A stretch of DNA of 64,000 nucleotides from Sphyrna mokarran (Eukaryota), in NCBI GenBank assembly GCA_024679065.1, contig JAGIQG010000002.1, positions 79,360,001 through 79,424,000 of the forward strand, written 5' to 3'. The position numbers and the translations under genes were made by a program. Below the pieces are notes generated by a model. That model made no database searches. It was not told where the DNA came from and saw only the letters and a program-made list of their open reading frames with translations. Positions 1 to 10,929 of the stretch are shown here, in pieces (the first letter of the stretch is position 1; every line of letters begins with the position of its first letter).

Positions 1-200
1 TGGTCACAGGTTTGGGAAGGGCTGTCTAAGGATCTTTGGCAAATTGCTGTAGAGCATCTTGTAGCTAATACAAACTATGGAGTGTCAATAATGGAAGAAG
101 TGGATTTGGTGCCAATCAAGTGGGCTGCTTTGTCCTGAATGCTGTTAGGCCTCTTCAGTGTTGTTGGGAATGCACCCATTTAGGCAAGTGGGGAGCTATC
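1..200 (-). mobile_element. Old LINE fragment (3' part of the family at 7881-10310)
   Basis: Similar to 6655-6730 and 7380-7470 and to 62380-62620. Confidence 0.6.
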
Positions 201-641
201 ATAAGCTTTAGTTTTGTTGTATCTTTTCCAAGTGAAATATTTGAAGTCAATTGAACTGTTTAGATTGAGTAACCATGATAGCAATCATGATGCTCTAACA
301 GAGAATGCTCCCATCTGACTGAACAAGTGACAAGGCACTTTAATTCAACATATCAATATTTCATAGAATAACTAATCAACTAAATTAGCAGGTGATTAGT
401 TGTTTTATGGAATATTGATATTAAAAATGAATGTCTCATCAGCGTGTTAATTTTTGCTACAAAACAGGATTGAATGTTTCTAATTCAAATAGATTTACCA
501 GGTCTGACTATGGATCTTAGGTGGAGTTTTTTTTAAAACTGAGTGCGTTTTAAATTGCATACATCATTTATAGAAGTTTTATCTCTTAGAATCTCATTTT
601 GATTTCCTCAGCCAGTTAGAAAGGAATTTCCCAGAGATTTG

Positions 642-870
642 GGACGGATATCAGAGGCAGGTTCTTTACCCAAAGGGTGGTTCGGGAGTGGAATGCCCTG
701 CCTGCAGCGGTTGTAGATGCGCCAAGTTTGGTGGCGTTTAAGAGGTTAGTTGATAAGTATATGGAAGAGAAGGGAATGGTTTAGTTTGGAGGGGCATTGC
801 TTTTTATATTGGTCGGCGCAACATCGAAGGCCGAAGGGCCTGTTCTGTGCTGTAATGTTCTACGTTCTAT
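642..870 (+). mobile_element. Young 5'-truncated CR1 LINE 3' end
   Basis: Close match to 24533-24760. Flanked by direct repeat ATTTG (637-641, 869-873). Confidence 0.9.
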
Positions 871-989
871 TTGCCCAGCTGCATTTTTTCTTGGTTTTGC
901 CTTTCAGCAACAGTATTTACATTTAGAGCTTCCTGCTCCTGTTGGGGAGCACACTTGCAAGAAAAATAGGTACCCATGTTGCTTTTTTT

Positions 990-1126
990 TAATGTAGTAT
1001 GCCATCTCAAAATGTCTTACAGAAAAGTTAACAAAATTTGACACCAAGTCACATTAGAAAAGTAAAACAGTAAAGTTTGAAGAGCATTTTAAAAGGAGGG
1101 GAGATAGAGTGGTGGAGAAAATACCA
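990..1126 (-). mobile_element. Old L2-like LINE 3' fragment
   Basis: Shares aacaaaatttgacaccaagtcacattag with 58990-59020. Clade assignment is from recall. Confidence 0.45.
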
Positions 1127-1685
1127 GGGCTAGATTTTCCAAATATGGCATAGGTCCCACTACCAGGAGTTAGTAACATATGGGTAGGATGGGACAATGC
1201 TAATTCAGCAAGGAGGGGACTTCCCAAGGCCATATATTAGGGGCAACAGCTAACTAATTGTGAGAAGTTGGGGCAGTGGGGAGGTGGAAGAGGGGAAAAT
1301 ACAAGGTGGAGGAGGGAATAGAGGCAAAGAGTGGTGTGGGAGGTGGGAGATGGTGGTGTTTGAAGTATAGTAAGGGTGGTTGCTTAGGGCAGGTGACACC
1401 AATGCTATGTGGTGCGCTTGCTTCATAAGAGGGTACTCCCAAGAGGGAGTACCTCCTCTTGGAAACTGCTAGGAGGCCTCCATGTTTAATTCATAATCCT
1501 ACACTGCAGCGGAGGGCCTCCAGTGGCTGCTAAAATTCAGTGAAGGAAGAGACTCCTCATTGACCACCTAAGTGACTCAATTAGGTTCTGGGAAAGTGGA
1601 TAGTCTGCCAATTTCTCCACCAGCAAAATGCACAGTGGCAGATAAGAACTGTCCCCCTGCACAAAATCAGGGAAATCCCACGTAC
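1127..1685. mobile_element. Decayed non-autonomous Harbinger-like element
   Basis: Starts gggctagattttcc and ends ggaaatcccac (degenerate inverted ends). GC-richer than the flanks, with an internal hairpin at 1427-1460. Confidence 0.4.
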
Positions 1686-2122
1686 CCACTCACCAATGTC
1701 AAGTATAATACTAACGGAAGATTGCTGCTGCTATCAATTTTTAAGAGGAAGGACATAAATCATCTTTTTAAATGTTTCAGTGCTCACAAGTCTTTGCATC
1801 ATTTTCTCATCTAGGTTATGTTACAATGATTGTCACTAGGTTTCTGAGAGCAGTGCCTTTTTTATTTTGACTTTAGAATATTGGAATATTGGAGGTAGAA
1901 TCTCCATAAGAATGTTTCATTCTAAGTGAGCAGGAAAAAGGTTTCCTTGATATATCGTACAGCAGTTAATTTCTTATTGATTATCGATCAGGGTAAGAAT
2001 CTTTCATTACAGGGGCCAGAACTGGAGGAAGTACACTTAAAACAAGTTTAAAATGTGATAGTTTTAACTGTCAGTGGTTAAAATTAGACATTTTAAGATA
2101 GCTCACTACTTTCTCATAGAAT

Positions 2123-2438
2123 TAGAACATAGAACATAGAACAATACAGCACAGAACAGGCCCTTCGGCCTTTGATGTTGTGCCGACCAAAATAAAAAGC
2201 AATGCCCCTCCAAACTAAACCATTCCCTTCTCTTCCATATACTTATCAATTAACCTCTTAAACGCCACCAAACTTGGCGCATCTACAACAGCTGCAGGCA
2301 GGGCATTCCACTCCCTAATCACTCTTTGAGTAAAGAACCTACCTCTGATATCCGTCCTATAACTCATACCCCTTAATTTAAAGCTGTGTCCCCTCGTGCT
2401 AGCTTTCTCCATCCTAGGAAAAAGGCTATCACTGTCCA
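2123..2438 (-). mobile_element. Young 5'-truncated CR1 LINE 3' end
   Basis: ORF 2215..2439 is a CR1 ORF2 C-terminus (TRGHSFKL...FFTQRVIREWNALP). Has a (TGTTCTA)n tail. About 4 differences from 24452-24760. Confidence 0.92.
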
Positions 2439-2870
2439 AATTAGTGATTAGTGATAATCACAATTATCAAATAAAATTATCAATTTTATCACAATTAGTG
2501 ATAAACATCAAGATTCATAAATTGCTTAATACCTTATTTTGGATTACAGTGATGTAAGCTGAACTTCAGCCTTCTAGATTAGCAAAGGCAATAAAAGCAA
2601 AATTGGAGATGAAAAGGGCTGTTGCATTTTCACATGCAATTAACCCATGTACATCTCTTCCAATGAAGACAGCACATAGACATCATGCACCTGCTCATTT
2701 ATATGATAGATGCAATAAAGCCCAACGCTAAACAAATTATCAAGTGGCTGCACATCTCAGTAGGGAACACAAGTGTGTGAGAGGCCAGCACTGCTTAAAG
2801 CACTTACACCTCAAATAGGAGATACATTCTGGCTGCAGTAGGTGCTAGGCAGATGAGCAAACACTGACTA

Positions 2871-3760
2871 ATGGCAGAGAACATGCCCCCCACTGTGCTC
2901 AGATATAGCACTGATAGTATGAGGATAGAGGGTGGACAAGAAAGAAATTTCTATCTGCAGCTAGGTGGCCGGGAGGTCTTCAGAACAAATTTAGAGAAAA
3001 CACAGGGAGCAATAGCCATTACAGTCAACATCAGCAGTGACCTGAATGATATGCTGCAAGAATTTCATTGAACACGGACGAATGGTCAAGGCTAGTGAAT
3101 TCATCCCGAAACATCCAGATCCTTTGTGACAAAACTGTGTGTCTCAACTTCTGCTCAATCTGTCACTTTCCCCATCTTTTCACTCAGATGCCAATAATCT
3201 ATGTCAGTCATAGATTTCTTTCACCCTCACACACTTTGCAGTCCTTCAAGCCTAACACCTACATCTCAGTTTGCACTCGCTGTTAGTTATTCACCTACGA
3301 TAGCTTCATCACGTAAACACAAGTCCCCAAACTCACTGACACTTTTCCCTTTCTCTGACAGGACAAGGTAGCACAAAGCTGAAGGGAGCAGCATCTAATC
3401 AATCGGAATCCTCATCCCAATGGAGAGCGTAGTATTCTCCATTACTGGAGCGGCCACAGCTGAAGGTTTGGCTAATGGCAAGGTTGGTTCATTAAAAAGT
3501 GATGGCGATCTTGCATGTAATGCTCATGCATGCATCCAACCCTATCTTCAATCTCTTCCAGTCTATAATCTGGACACTTCTTGCTTTCTTATTCCCTTGC
3601 CACATTTTTATTTGTTCATGTACCCAAGAACTCACACCTGACCAGGCAGTGGAGAAAGAATGGGAAGACAGTGAAGAACAAAACACATGGTCATTTATTC
3701 TCACCTTTGTTGCCACCAGGTCAGATATTGACACCATGCATACTTTAGAATAGAGCGAAA
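2871..3760 (+). mobile_element. Decayed PIF/Harbinger Myb/SANT-like accessory gene
   Basis: MAEN..LRYSTDS...IAITVNISS first exon. The second part at about 3360 (cag|GACAAGGTAGCACAA, DKVAQ) parallels 51011-51900 and 40330-40350. Frameshifted. Confidence 0.55.
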
Positions 3761-5275
3761 ATGCTATAGTAATATATTTGGATTGCGAAGATGTGCCCTA
3801 CAAGCATGCCCATGCTTGTGCAGCACAAATCTGCTATCCATTCTCAGGAGATAGCATTCAACATTCCACCCCTGGCATTCCACTCCTTGCTGTAGCCTGT
3901 CCACTAACCAGAACAGGTTGCTGTTACCCATGTCAACATTTGTACCATTTTAATATAGGTGACAAATGGTTCAGGAGACAAGGAGAAAAATTCCACTGAG
4001 TTACGTGGTCCCCTAAACCGATGAAGAAAAGTCTTTCATTTTCAAGCTGCTTTCCAGTTGATTAACTGAATTTGAAGAGATATTGGCCTTTATGTTTGAA
4101 TGAGGGAAATAGCTACACCTCATTTTCATTGTTGCATGCAAATTGTACAATGAGCAATTCTTGATAAAATTACACCACTTTGTTTAATTTTATTGAGACA
4201 CATTTATGCAATTTTCAAAGGTGTGTTTACTTTTGTGTGTTCTTTAAAGAATTTAAAGCCCCAATCATGTGAGGCTTTACCTCAGTTTCATACCGTAGGC
4301 CAGGTGTCTCAAAAATTCCAGAGATGCATTTATTAAATTTGAGACTCTGCCAATAAATCACATCAAAGTTCTTCAATTTGTGGTTAATTGTACTCTTTAC
4401 ATTGCAAGCTACAAGTATAAAAACGTCAAGCTAGCCACATATAAAATTTAGGGTTGAAATATTTAGTGATATGCAGCTAAAGGAGGAATGTAATAGTAGT
4501 ATATAAAAGTGTATATATATAATTATTTTTCTAAGTTATTTTCTTCCATTTCTTTGGTGCAGATCTTTTGGTTTGAAGACTTCTGAGATCTGTTGAAACA
4601 GCTTCTAGAAGCTGTTTCAACGTCCTGGTGATCAGCTCTCAGAACTTCCTTGCTTTTCCCTCAGGAGAAGCCACTGATTTTTACAAACTACATCACCGCA
4701 GAGCAAGAAGCTCCCATTGTGTGGGGAAGCACCCCATAAATCTGCTCTATACATCATCTTAGGATTATAAATCTAAACAGCATACACCTTGCTCTGTTAA
4801 AATGATGTACTATGCATAAATTATTTCAAAGTGCAACACTAGATCATTAAGGTAAGTCTCACTAATTAAAAGAGGTCAAGTTATTGTACTAGAGTAAAGC
4901 AGATTCAAATCATTTTCATAAAAGCTCTTCACTTAATGTTGAGTTATATTTTCTGCAGTGTGCACACATGCATGTGCAGTAAGAGCATTTTAAAGGAACA
5001 GCATAGCTGAAGTCAATTTATTAAAAAGGCTTTCTACATGAATGCATTTGGTGTTCACACTTTTGAAAAATGCCTCAAAATATTTCAATTTTTAATATTT
5101 TCATTTTAGTTCTCAGAATATAAATTGAAGTATTTTGCTCTTATTCATTGGATGTGGTCATCTCTGGTATGGCCAACACTTATTGCCCATCTAACCATCC
5201 TGGAGAAGGTGGTGGTGAGCCATCTTCTTGAACCACTGCAGTCCATTTGCCAAAAGTAACCCCACAGTGCTGTTA

Positions 5276-6540
5276 TTTGATTTTGATTTGATTTGATTTA
5301 TTATTGTTACATATACAGTGAAAAGTATTTTTTTGTGCACTATACACATAAAAGATAATGTTCGTAGAAAAGGAAATGACAAAGTGCAGAATATACAGTG
5401 TTACAGTCATCACCATCGTGTAGAGAAAAATCAACTTAATGCAAGGTAAGTCCATTCAAAAGTCTGATAGCAGCAGAGAAGAAGCTGTTCTTGAATCGGT
5501 TGGTACATGACCTCAGGCTTTTGTATTGTTTTGCCAAAGGAAGAAGGTGGAAGAGAGAATATTGGGAGTGAGTGGCATCTTTAATTATGCTGGCTGCTTT
5601 ACTGAGGCAGCAAGGAGTGTAGACAGATTTAATGGATTGGGCGATATTCACAACCTTTTTGTAGTTTCTTGCAAATTTGAGCAGAGCAGGAGCTATACCA
5701 ATCTGTGATACAACTAAAAAGAATGCTTTGTAAGGTGCCGCTAATTGTTGGAGAGTCATAGCTGACATGTGAAATTTCCTTAGTCTTCTAAAAAATAGAG
5801 GCATTGTGGGCTTTAACTATTGTGTCGGCATGGGGGAGAAGTTGTTGGTGATGGGGACACCTAAAAACTTGAAGCTCTTGAACCTCTCTATTTCGTCCCC
5901 ATTGATGTTGACAGGGGCACGTTTTTCTTTACGCTTCCTGAAGTCAATGACAATCTGTTTCATTTTGTTGACATTGAGCGAGAGATTATTGTTGCTGCAC
6001 CAGTTCACCAGATTCTCTATCTCATTCCTGTGCTCTGTCTCGTCATTGTTTGAGATCCGACCCACTACAGTGGTGTCATCAAAAACTTGAAAATCAAATG
6101 GGAGAGGAATTTGGCTGCACAGTCATAGGTGTACAAGGATTTTAGTCAGGGACTGAGAACACAGCCTTGTGGGGCACCAGTGTTGAGGATTATCGTGGAG
6201 GAGTTGTTGTTGCCTATCCTTACTCATTGTGATCTGAGAGTTAGGAAGTTCAGGATCCAGTCGCAGAGAGAAATGGTGAGGCCTAGGCCACGGAGTTTGG
6301 AGATGAGTTTCCTGGGCATAATAGTGTTGAAAGCTGAGCTGTAGTCAATAAATAGGAGTCTGACATAGGTGTCCTTGTTATCTAGGTGTTCCAGGGTTTG
6401 GTGCAGAGCCAGGAAAATGGCATCTGCTATGGACCTGTTGTGGTAATAGGCAAACTGTAGTGGAAATAGGTAATCCAGGAGACTGGAATTGATTTGTGCC
6501 ATGACTAACCGTTCGAAGCACTTCATAATGATGGATGTCA
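5276..6540 (-). mobile_element. Rex1/Babar-type LINE, 5'-truncated and frameshifted
   Basis: RT peptides LTSIIMKCFERLV..LQFAY..YVRLLFIDYSSAFNTI and WCSNNNLSLNVNKMKQIVIDFRK in ORFs 6224..6604, 5817..6065 and 5436..5804. Has an (AATCA)n tail at 5276-5300. Confidence 0.88.
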
Positions 6541-6730
6541 ATTGTGATGAAGAAACAGCAGCAATGTATTCCAAAGTCAGGGTAATATATGAATTGGAGG
6601 GCACTTTGGAGGTGGTGGTGTTTTCATGTGTCTGCTGTCTTAGTCAATCGAGGTGACAGAGGTTACCTGTTTGGGAGTTACTTTCCAGGAAACATTGGCA
6701 AGCTGCTGCAGTGCATTTTGTAATAGACAC

Positions 6731-7355
6731 TTTAAAAAAAAAATCATTTGTGGGACATGTGCATTGCTGGCTATGATGTGGAGATGCCGGGATTGGACAG
6801 TAAGAAGTCTCACAGCACCAGGTTAAAATCCAACAGGTTTATTTGGTAACTAAAGCCACTAGCTTTTGGAGCACTGTTCGTTTATCAGGTAAGTGGGAGT
6901 TTACCTGATAAAGGGGCAGCGCTCCAAACGTTAGTAGCTTTTTTTTACCAAATAAACCTGTTCGACTTTAACCTGGTGCTATGAGACTTCTTACTATGTT
7001 TATCCCAGTCCAATGCCGGCATCTCACATCATGCATTTATTTCTCATCCCTAGTTGCCCATGAACTGAATGGATTCTATGCTTTGTCAGAAGGCAGTTGG
7101 GAGTCAACCACATTACTGTGGTTCTGGAGTCACACCTAGGCCACACCAGATAAAGATGGCATATTCAATTCCCTAAAGGACATTAGTGAACCAGTTGGGT
7201 TTTTCTGACAATTAACAATGGTTTCATGGTTGTCAGTAGATTTTTAATTCTAGATTTTTATTTTGGTTGAATTCAAATTCAACCAACTACCATTCCAACT
7301 CGAGTCTCCAGAACATTAGCTGAGATTCTAGCAATATCAGTAGATCATCACCTCT
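6731..7355 (-). mobile_element. SINE-like element: tRNA-like head plus LINE-derived tail, interrupted by 6773-7032
   Basis: The reverse complement of 7130-7340 matches 7900-8120 and 45460-45680. The tail at 6731-6772 and 7033-7060 matches the LINE tail at 5143-5190. Confidence 0.7.
6773..7032. repeat. About 260-bp palindromic Penelope-like unit
   Basis: ATGATGTGGAGATGCCGG...CCGGCATCTCACATCAT. The arms are complementary around a centre near 6895. A second copy lies at 45904-46209. Confidence 0.8.
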
Positions 7356-7880
7356 CTTGCAGCCATGTGCAAACGATGGAAAGAGTTCAAAGGATGTCAT
7401 CGAGCAGGCTAGTTTGTCCTTTTTGCATTGAGCTTCTCTAGTGTTTGTGCAATCACCCAGTCAAGTTCTATAACACTCCTTACTTGTGCCTTTTAGATGA
7501 TGGACAGGTTTTGGAAAGTCAGGAGCTGCATGGGCCAGCAGGAGCTACATTGCCAGCCTACGACTTGCTCTTGTAGCCACAATATGGCAGATTAACTTTC
7601 TTGGCAATAATAGCCTTCAGAATGTTGATGGTGGCAAATTTCACAAAGGTAATGACAGTGAATTCCAAGGGGATGTAGTTAGTCTTTCTCCAGCTGGAGA
7701 TAGTCACTGCCTGGAACTAGTGGGGCATGAATGCTACTTGCACTTTTCAGCCAAATTCTAAATGTTGTCCAGATCTTGCTGCATAGGAGCACAGAGTGCT
7801 TCATTGCACAGAATTTTGTCAGTGGAATGCTATTCCCAACTTCTGGTTTCCTACACAATTTAAAATGCTTGTGAGATCAG

Positions 7881-10310
7881 GAGGTGCTAGTATAGTGATA
7901 TTCTCACTGTAATAGTAATGCACAGACCCAGGGCAATATTCTGAGGTCCTGGGTTTGAATCCCACCACAGGAGATGTTGAAATTTGAATTAATAAACACT
8001 TGGCATTAAAAAATCTAATGATGACCACGAAACCATGTCAGAAACGTCAGGTTAACAAATGTCCTTGAGGGAAGGAAATCTGCTACCCCCATCTGGTCTG
8101 GTCTGCATATGCAATCCAAAATGGCCTAGAAAGCCACTCAGTTGTTTCAAACCGCTACAAAGCATGAAGTTGGGCGGACCTTCCACTGTTGACCTAGGCA
8201 GCAGAAACAGTGGCAAACCCAGCCTCATTGACCCTGCAAGATTCAAACTAACATCTGGGGATTTGTTCCAAGATTAGGAAGTTGTCTCACAGATTAGCCC
8301 AGTAACTGCCAGACATAGTCATACTCATGGAACTGTACATGACCTGTACACCACAACCACCACAGTGGCACACAGTGGGAGGAAGATGCTGTAGGAACCT
8401 TCAATATTGATTCTGGACATCATGAAGTCTCATGCCATCATGTCAAATATGGGCAAGGGTATTTCCTGCTGATTACCACTTAACACCTCCCCATAGCTGA
8501 TGAATCAGTATTTGCCATGTTGAACACACCTTGGAGGAAGCACTGAGGATGCTCGGTAGCACCACCACAGACCAAGCTAGCTGAAACCAAAAGGGCATAT
8601 CTGCTGGACTTTATCTGTGGTAGATGGTTAAAAATCAACAACAGTGAAAAATATACAATGAGAAGAAAACAACCTCACCAACCTGCCTGCAGCAAATGCA
8701 CCTGTCCATGACAATATTGGATCGGCCACAACATAATCTTTGTGGAGACAAAGTTCCATACCATCTAGTGTGATATGTGGCATTGCCACTATGCTAAATG
8801 GGATAGGCTTTGAACCAATCAAGCAACTGAAGACCAGGCATCCATGAGATGCTGTAGGGCCAGCAGCAGCAGAATTGCATTTAACCACAATCTATAACCT
8901 CATGGTCCAGCTTATCCCCCACTCGACCATTACAATCAAGCCCAGGAAATTAACCCTGGTTCAGTGAAGCGTGCAGGGGGACATGACAGGAGCAAAACCA
9001 GGCATTCGTAAAAATGAGATGTTAACCTGGTGAAGCTGCAAATAATAGACAGAACCAGGAGATTCAACCAACAGATCAGACCTACGCTCTGCAGTCTTTC
9101 CACATGGTAGTAGACAATTAAACAAGTCACTGAGGAATGGGCTCCACTAAAATCTTCACCCTCAGTGATATGGAAGACCAGCATACCAGTGCAAGGGATA
9201 AGGCTGCAGCATTGCAATAATCTTCAGCCAGAAGTGCTGAGTGGATGATTCATCTTGACCTCCTCCAGTGGTCACCAACATCTCAGATGCCAGACTCCAG
9301 CCAATTTGATTCGCTCCACATTATATCAAGAAAAGACTGAATATTGAATACTGCAAAGGCAATGGGCCCTGATAACATTCTAGCAATAGGACTAAAGACG
9401 TGTGCTCCTGAATAGCCACAACCCTAGCTAAGCGTTCCAAGACAGTGACAACACTGGCATCTCGCCGGCAATATAGAAAACTGCCCAGATATATCATGTA
9501 CACTAAAAGCAGAACAAATTCAACCTAGCCAATTACTACCCCTTCACTCTACTCTTGATTGTTACTAAAGTAATGGAAGGGGTCATCAACAGTGCTATCA
9601 AGCAACACCTGCTCAACAATAACCCGCTACTGATGTCAGTTTGGGTTTCACCAAGGTCACACAGGTCCTTGCAGTCTTGATTCAAACATAGATAAAAAAG
9701 TTGATTCCTTAACCACCTGCCACAGATAAACTCCAGGTGGGATTTGAGATTGAGATTGAGATTGACTGCCCCTGAAACCAAGGCATCATTTGACTGAGTA
9801 CAGAATCAAAGAGCACCAGTAAAACTGAAGTTCTTAGGAATCAGGGGAAAGCTACCCCCTATTCGGTGTCATACCTGGCACAAAATAAGATGGTTGGAGG
9901 TCAATCATCTCAGTCCCAGGACACCATTGTGCACCACCACCACCACATCTCAATTCTCCATATCCACTAACATTCCTGAGCCTGCAGAAAATTGTAGAAG
10001 TCCCTCAGGGTAGTGTCCTAGACTAAACCAACTTCAACAACTTCATCAAATTTCTTCCTTCATATAAAATCAGAAGTAGGGATGTTTGCAGATGACTGCA
10101 CAATGTTCAGAATCATTTACAACTTCTTAAATGCTGAAACAGTCCACGAACAAATGCAGTAAGACCTGAACAAGTGGCAAGTAACATTCACGCCACACAA
10201 TCACCATCTCCAACAAGGGAGAATCTAACTATTGCCTTGAAATTCCATAGACTAGAAATGGAATTGGACTAGCCATACAAATACTGTGGCCACAACAGCA
10301 GGTCAGACTA
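7881..10310 (+). mobile_element. Long decayed LINE (APE-RT, CR1/L2-group-like) with a tRNA-like 5' head
   Basis: B-box-like GGTTTGAATCC at 7952. Decayed RT motifs: NYYPFTLL (9531), QFGF (9637), VPQGSVL (10000), MFADDCT (10082). Many stops. Confidence 0.75.
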
Positions 10311-10422
10311 GGGCCAAACTTCATCCCCCTCCCCACATCCACTACCACCACCACACCCACCCCTCCCAACAACCAGTTTTCTGCAGGCTCAGGAATGTTA
10401 GTGGATATGGAGAATTGAGATA

Positions 10423-10490
10423 TGGTGGTGGTGGTGGTGGTGGTTGGGGGGGGGGGGGGGGGGGGGGGGGTGGCAGGGAGTGTGGGGAAC
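10423..10490 (+). repeat. (GGT)n plus poly-G tract with G-quadruplex potential
   Basis: Seven GGT units followed by about 25 G. A C-rich tract lies at 10325-10370. Confidence 0.9.
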
Positions 10491-10929
10491 GGAAGCACAC
10501 AGGCAAGTACAGAACTTGAAGGCAGTGTCCACAGCACAGTTTTCTGCCCTTTAAAAACAATGCTCCGATCTCTTAAAAGCCAAAATCACTACAAGACAGA
10601 CTCCACTAGTATGCTCTCATGGGACCAGCCTTCTTTTTGACTATTAAAAATATGGTGGGGAAAACCAGCAGTGGAACTAGTAGGCAACATTCTGCTTTTC
10701 TTGCCGGAGTTGAAACTTAATTAAAATGATAAAATTCACAGGAGAATCTGGGTCACTCAATGGCTGCACATCTGAGCAGTGGATAAAAAAATTCTTAACA
10801 TCAGTTAAAGCTGGCCTGCACCAAAGAGTAGTTGTTCTGTGGCTGAAGCAGTTATTGCAAGTAACTCAAAGTCATTTTGATGCAGGGAATAAGGCAGAGA
10901 GTGGGGCTAAGAGTTTATAAGCTGGAGGC

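Larger units (their letters stand above)
5140..7830 (-). mobile_element. Old LINE 3' half (family of 7881-10310) hosting nested insertions
   Basis: Tail near 5140-5190. Body is interrupted at 5276-6540 and 6731-7355. The reverse complement of 7560-7800 aligns with 10135-10310. Confidence 0.7.

Noticed and set aside
10229-10640. Poly-Pro, poly-Gly and poly-Val ORFs
   Set aside because: They are translations of the (GGT)n/poly-G tract.
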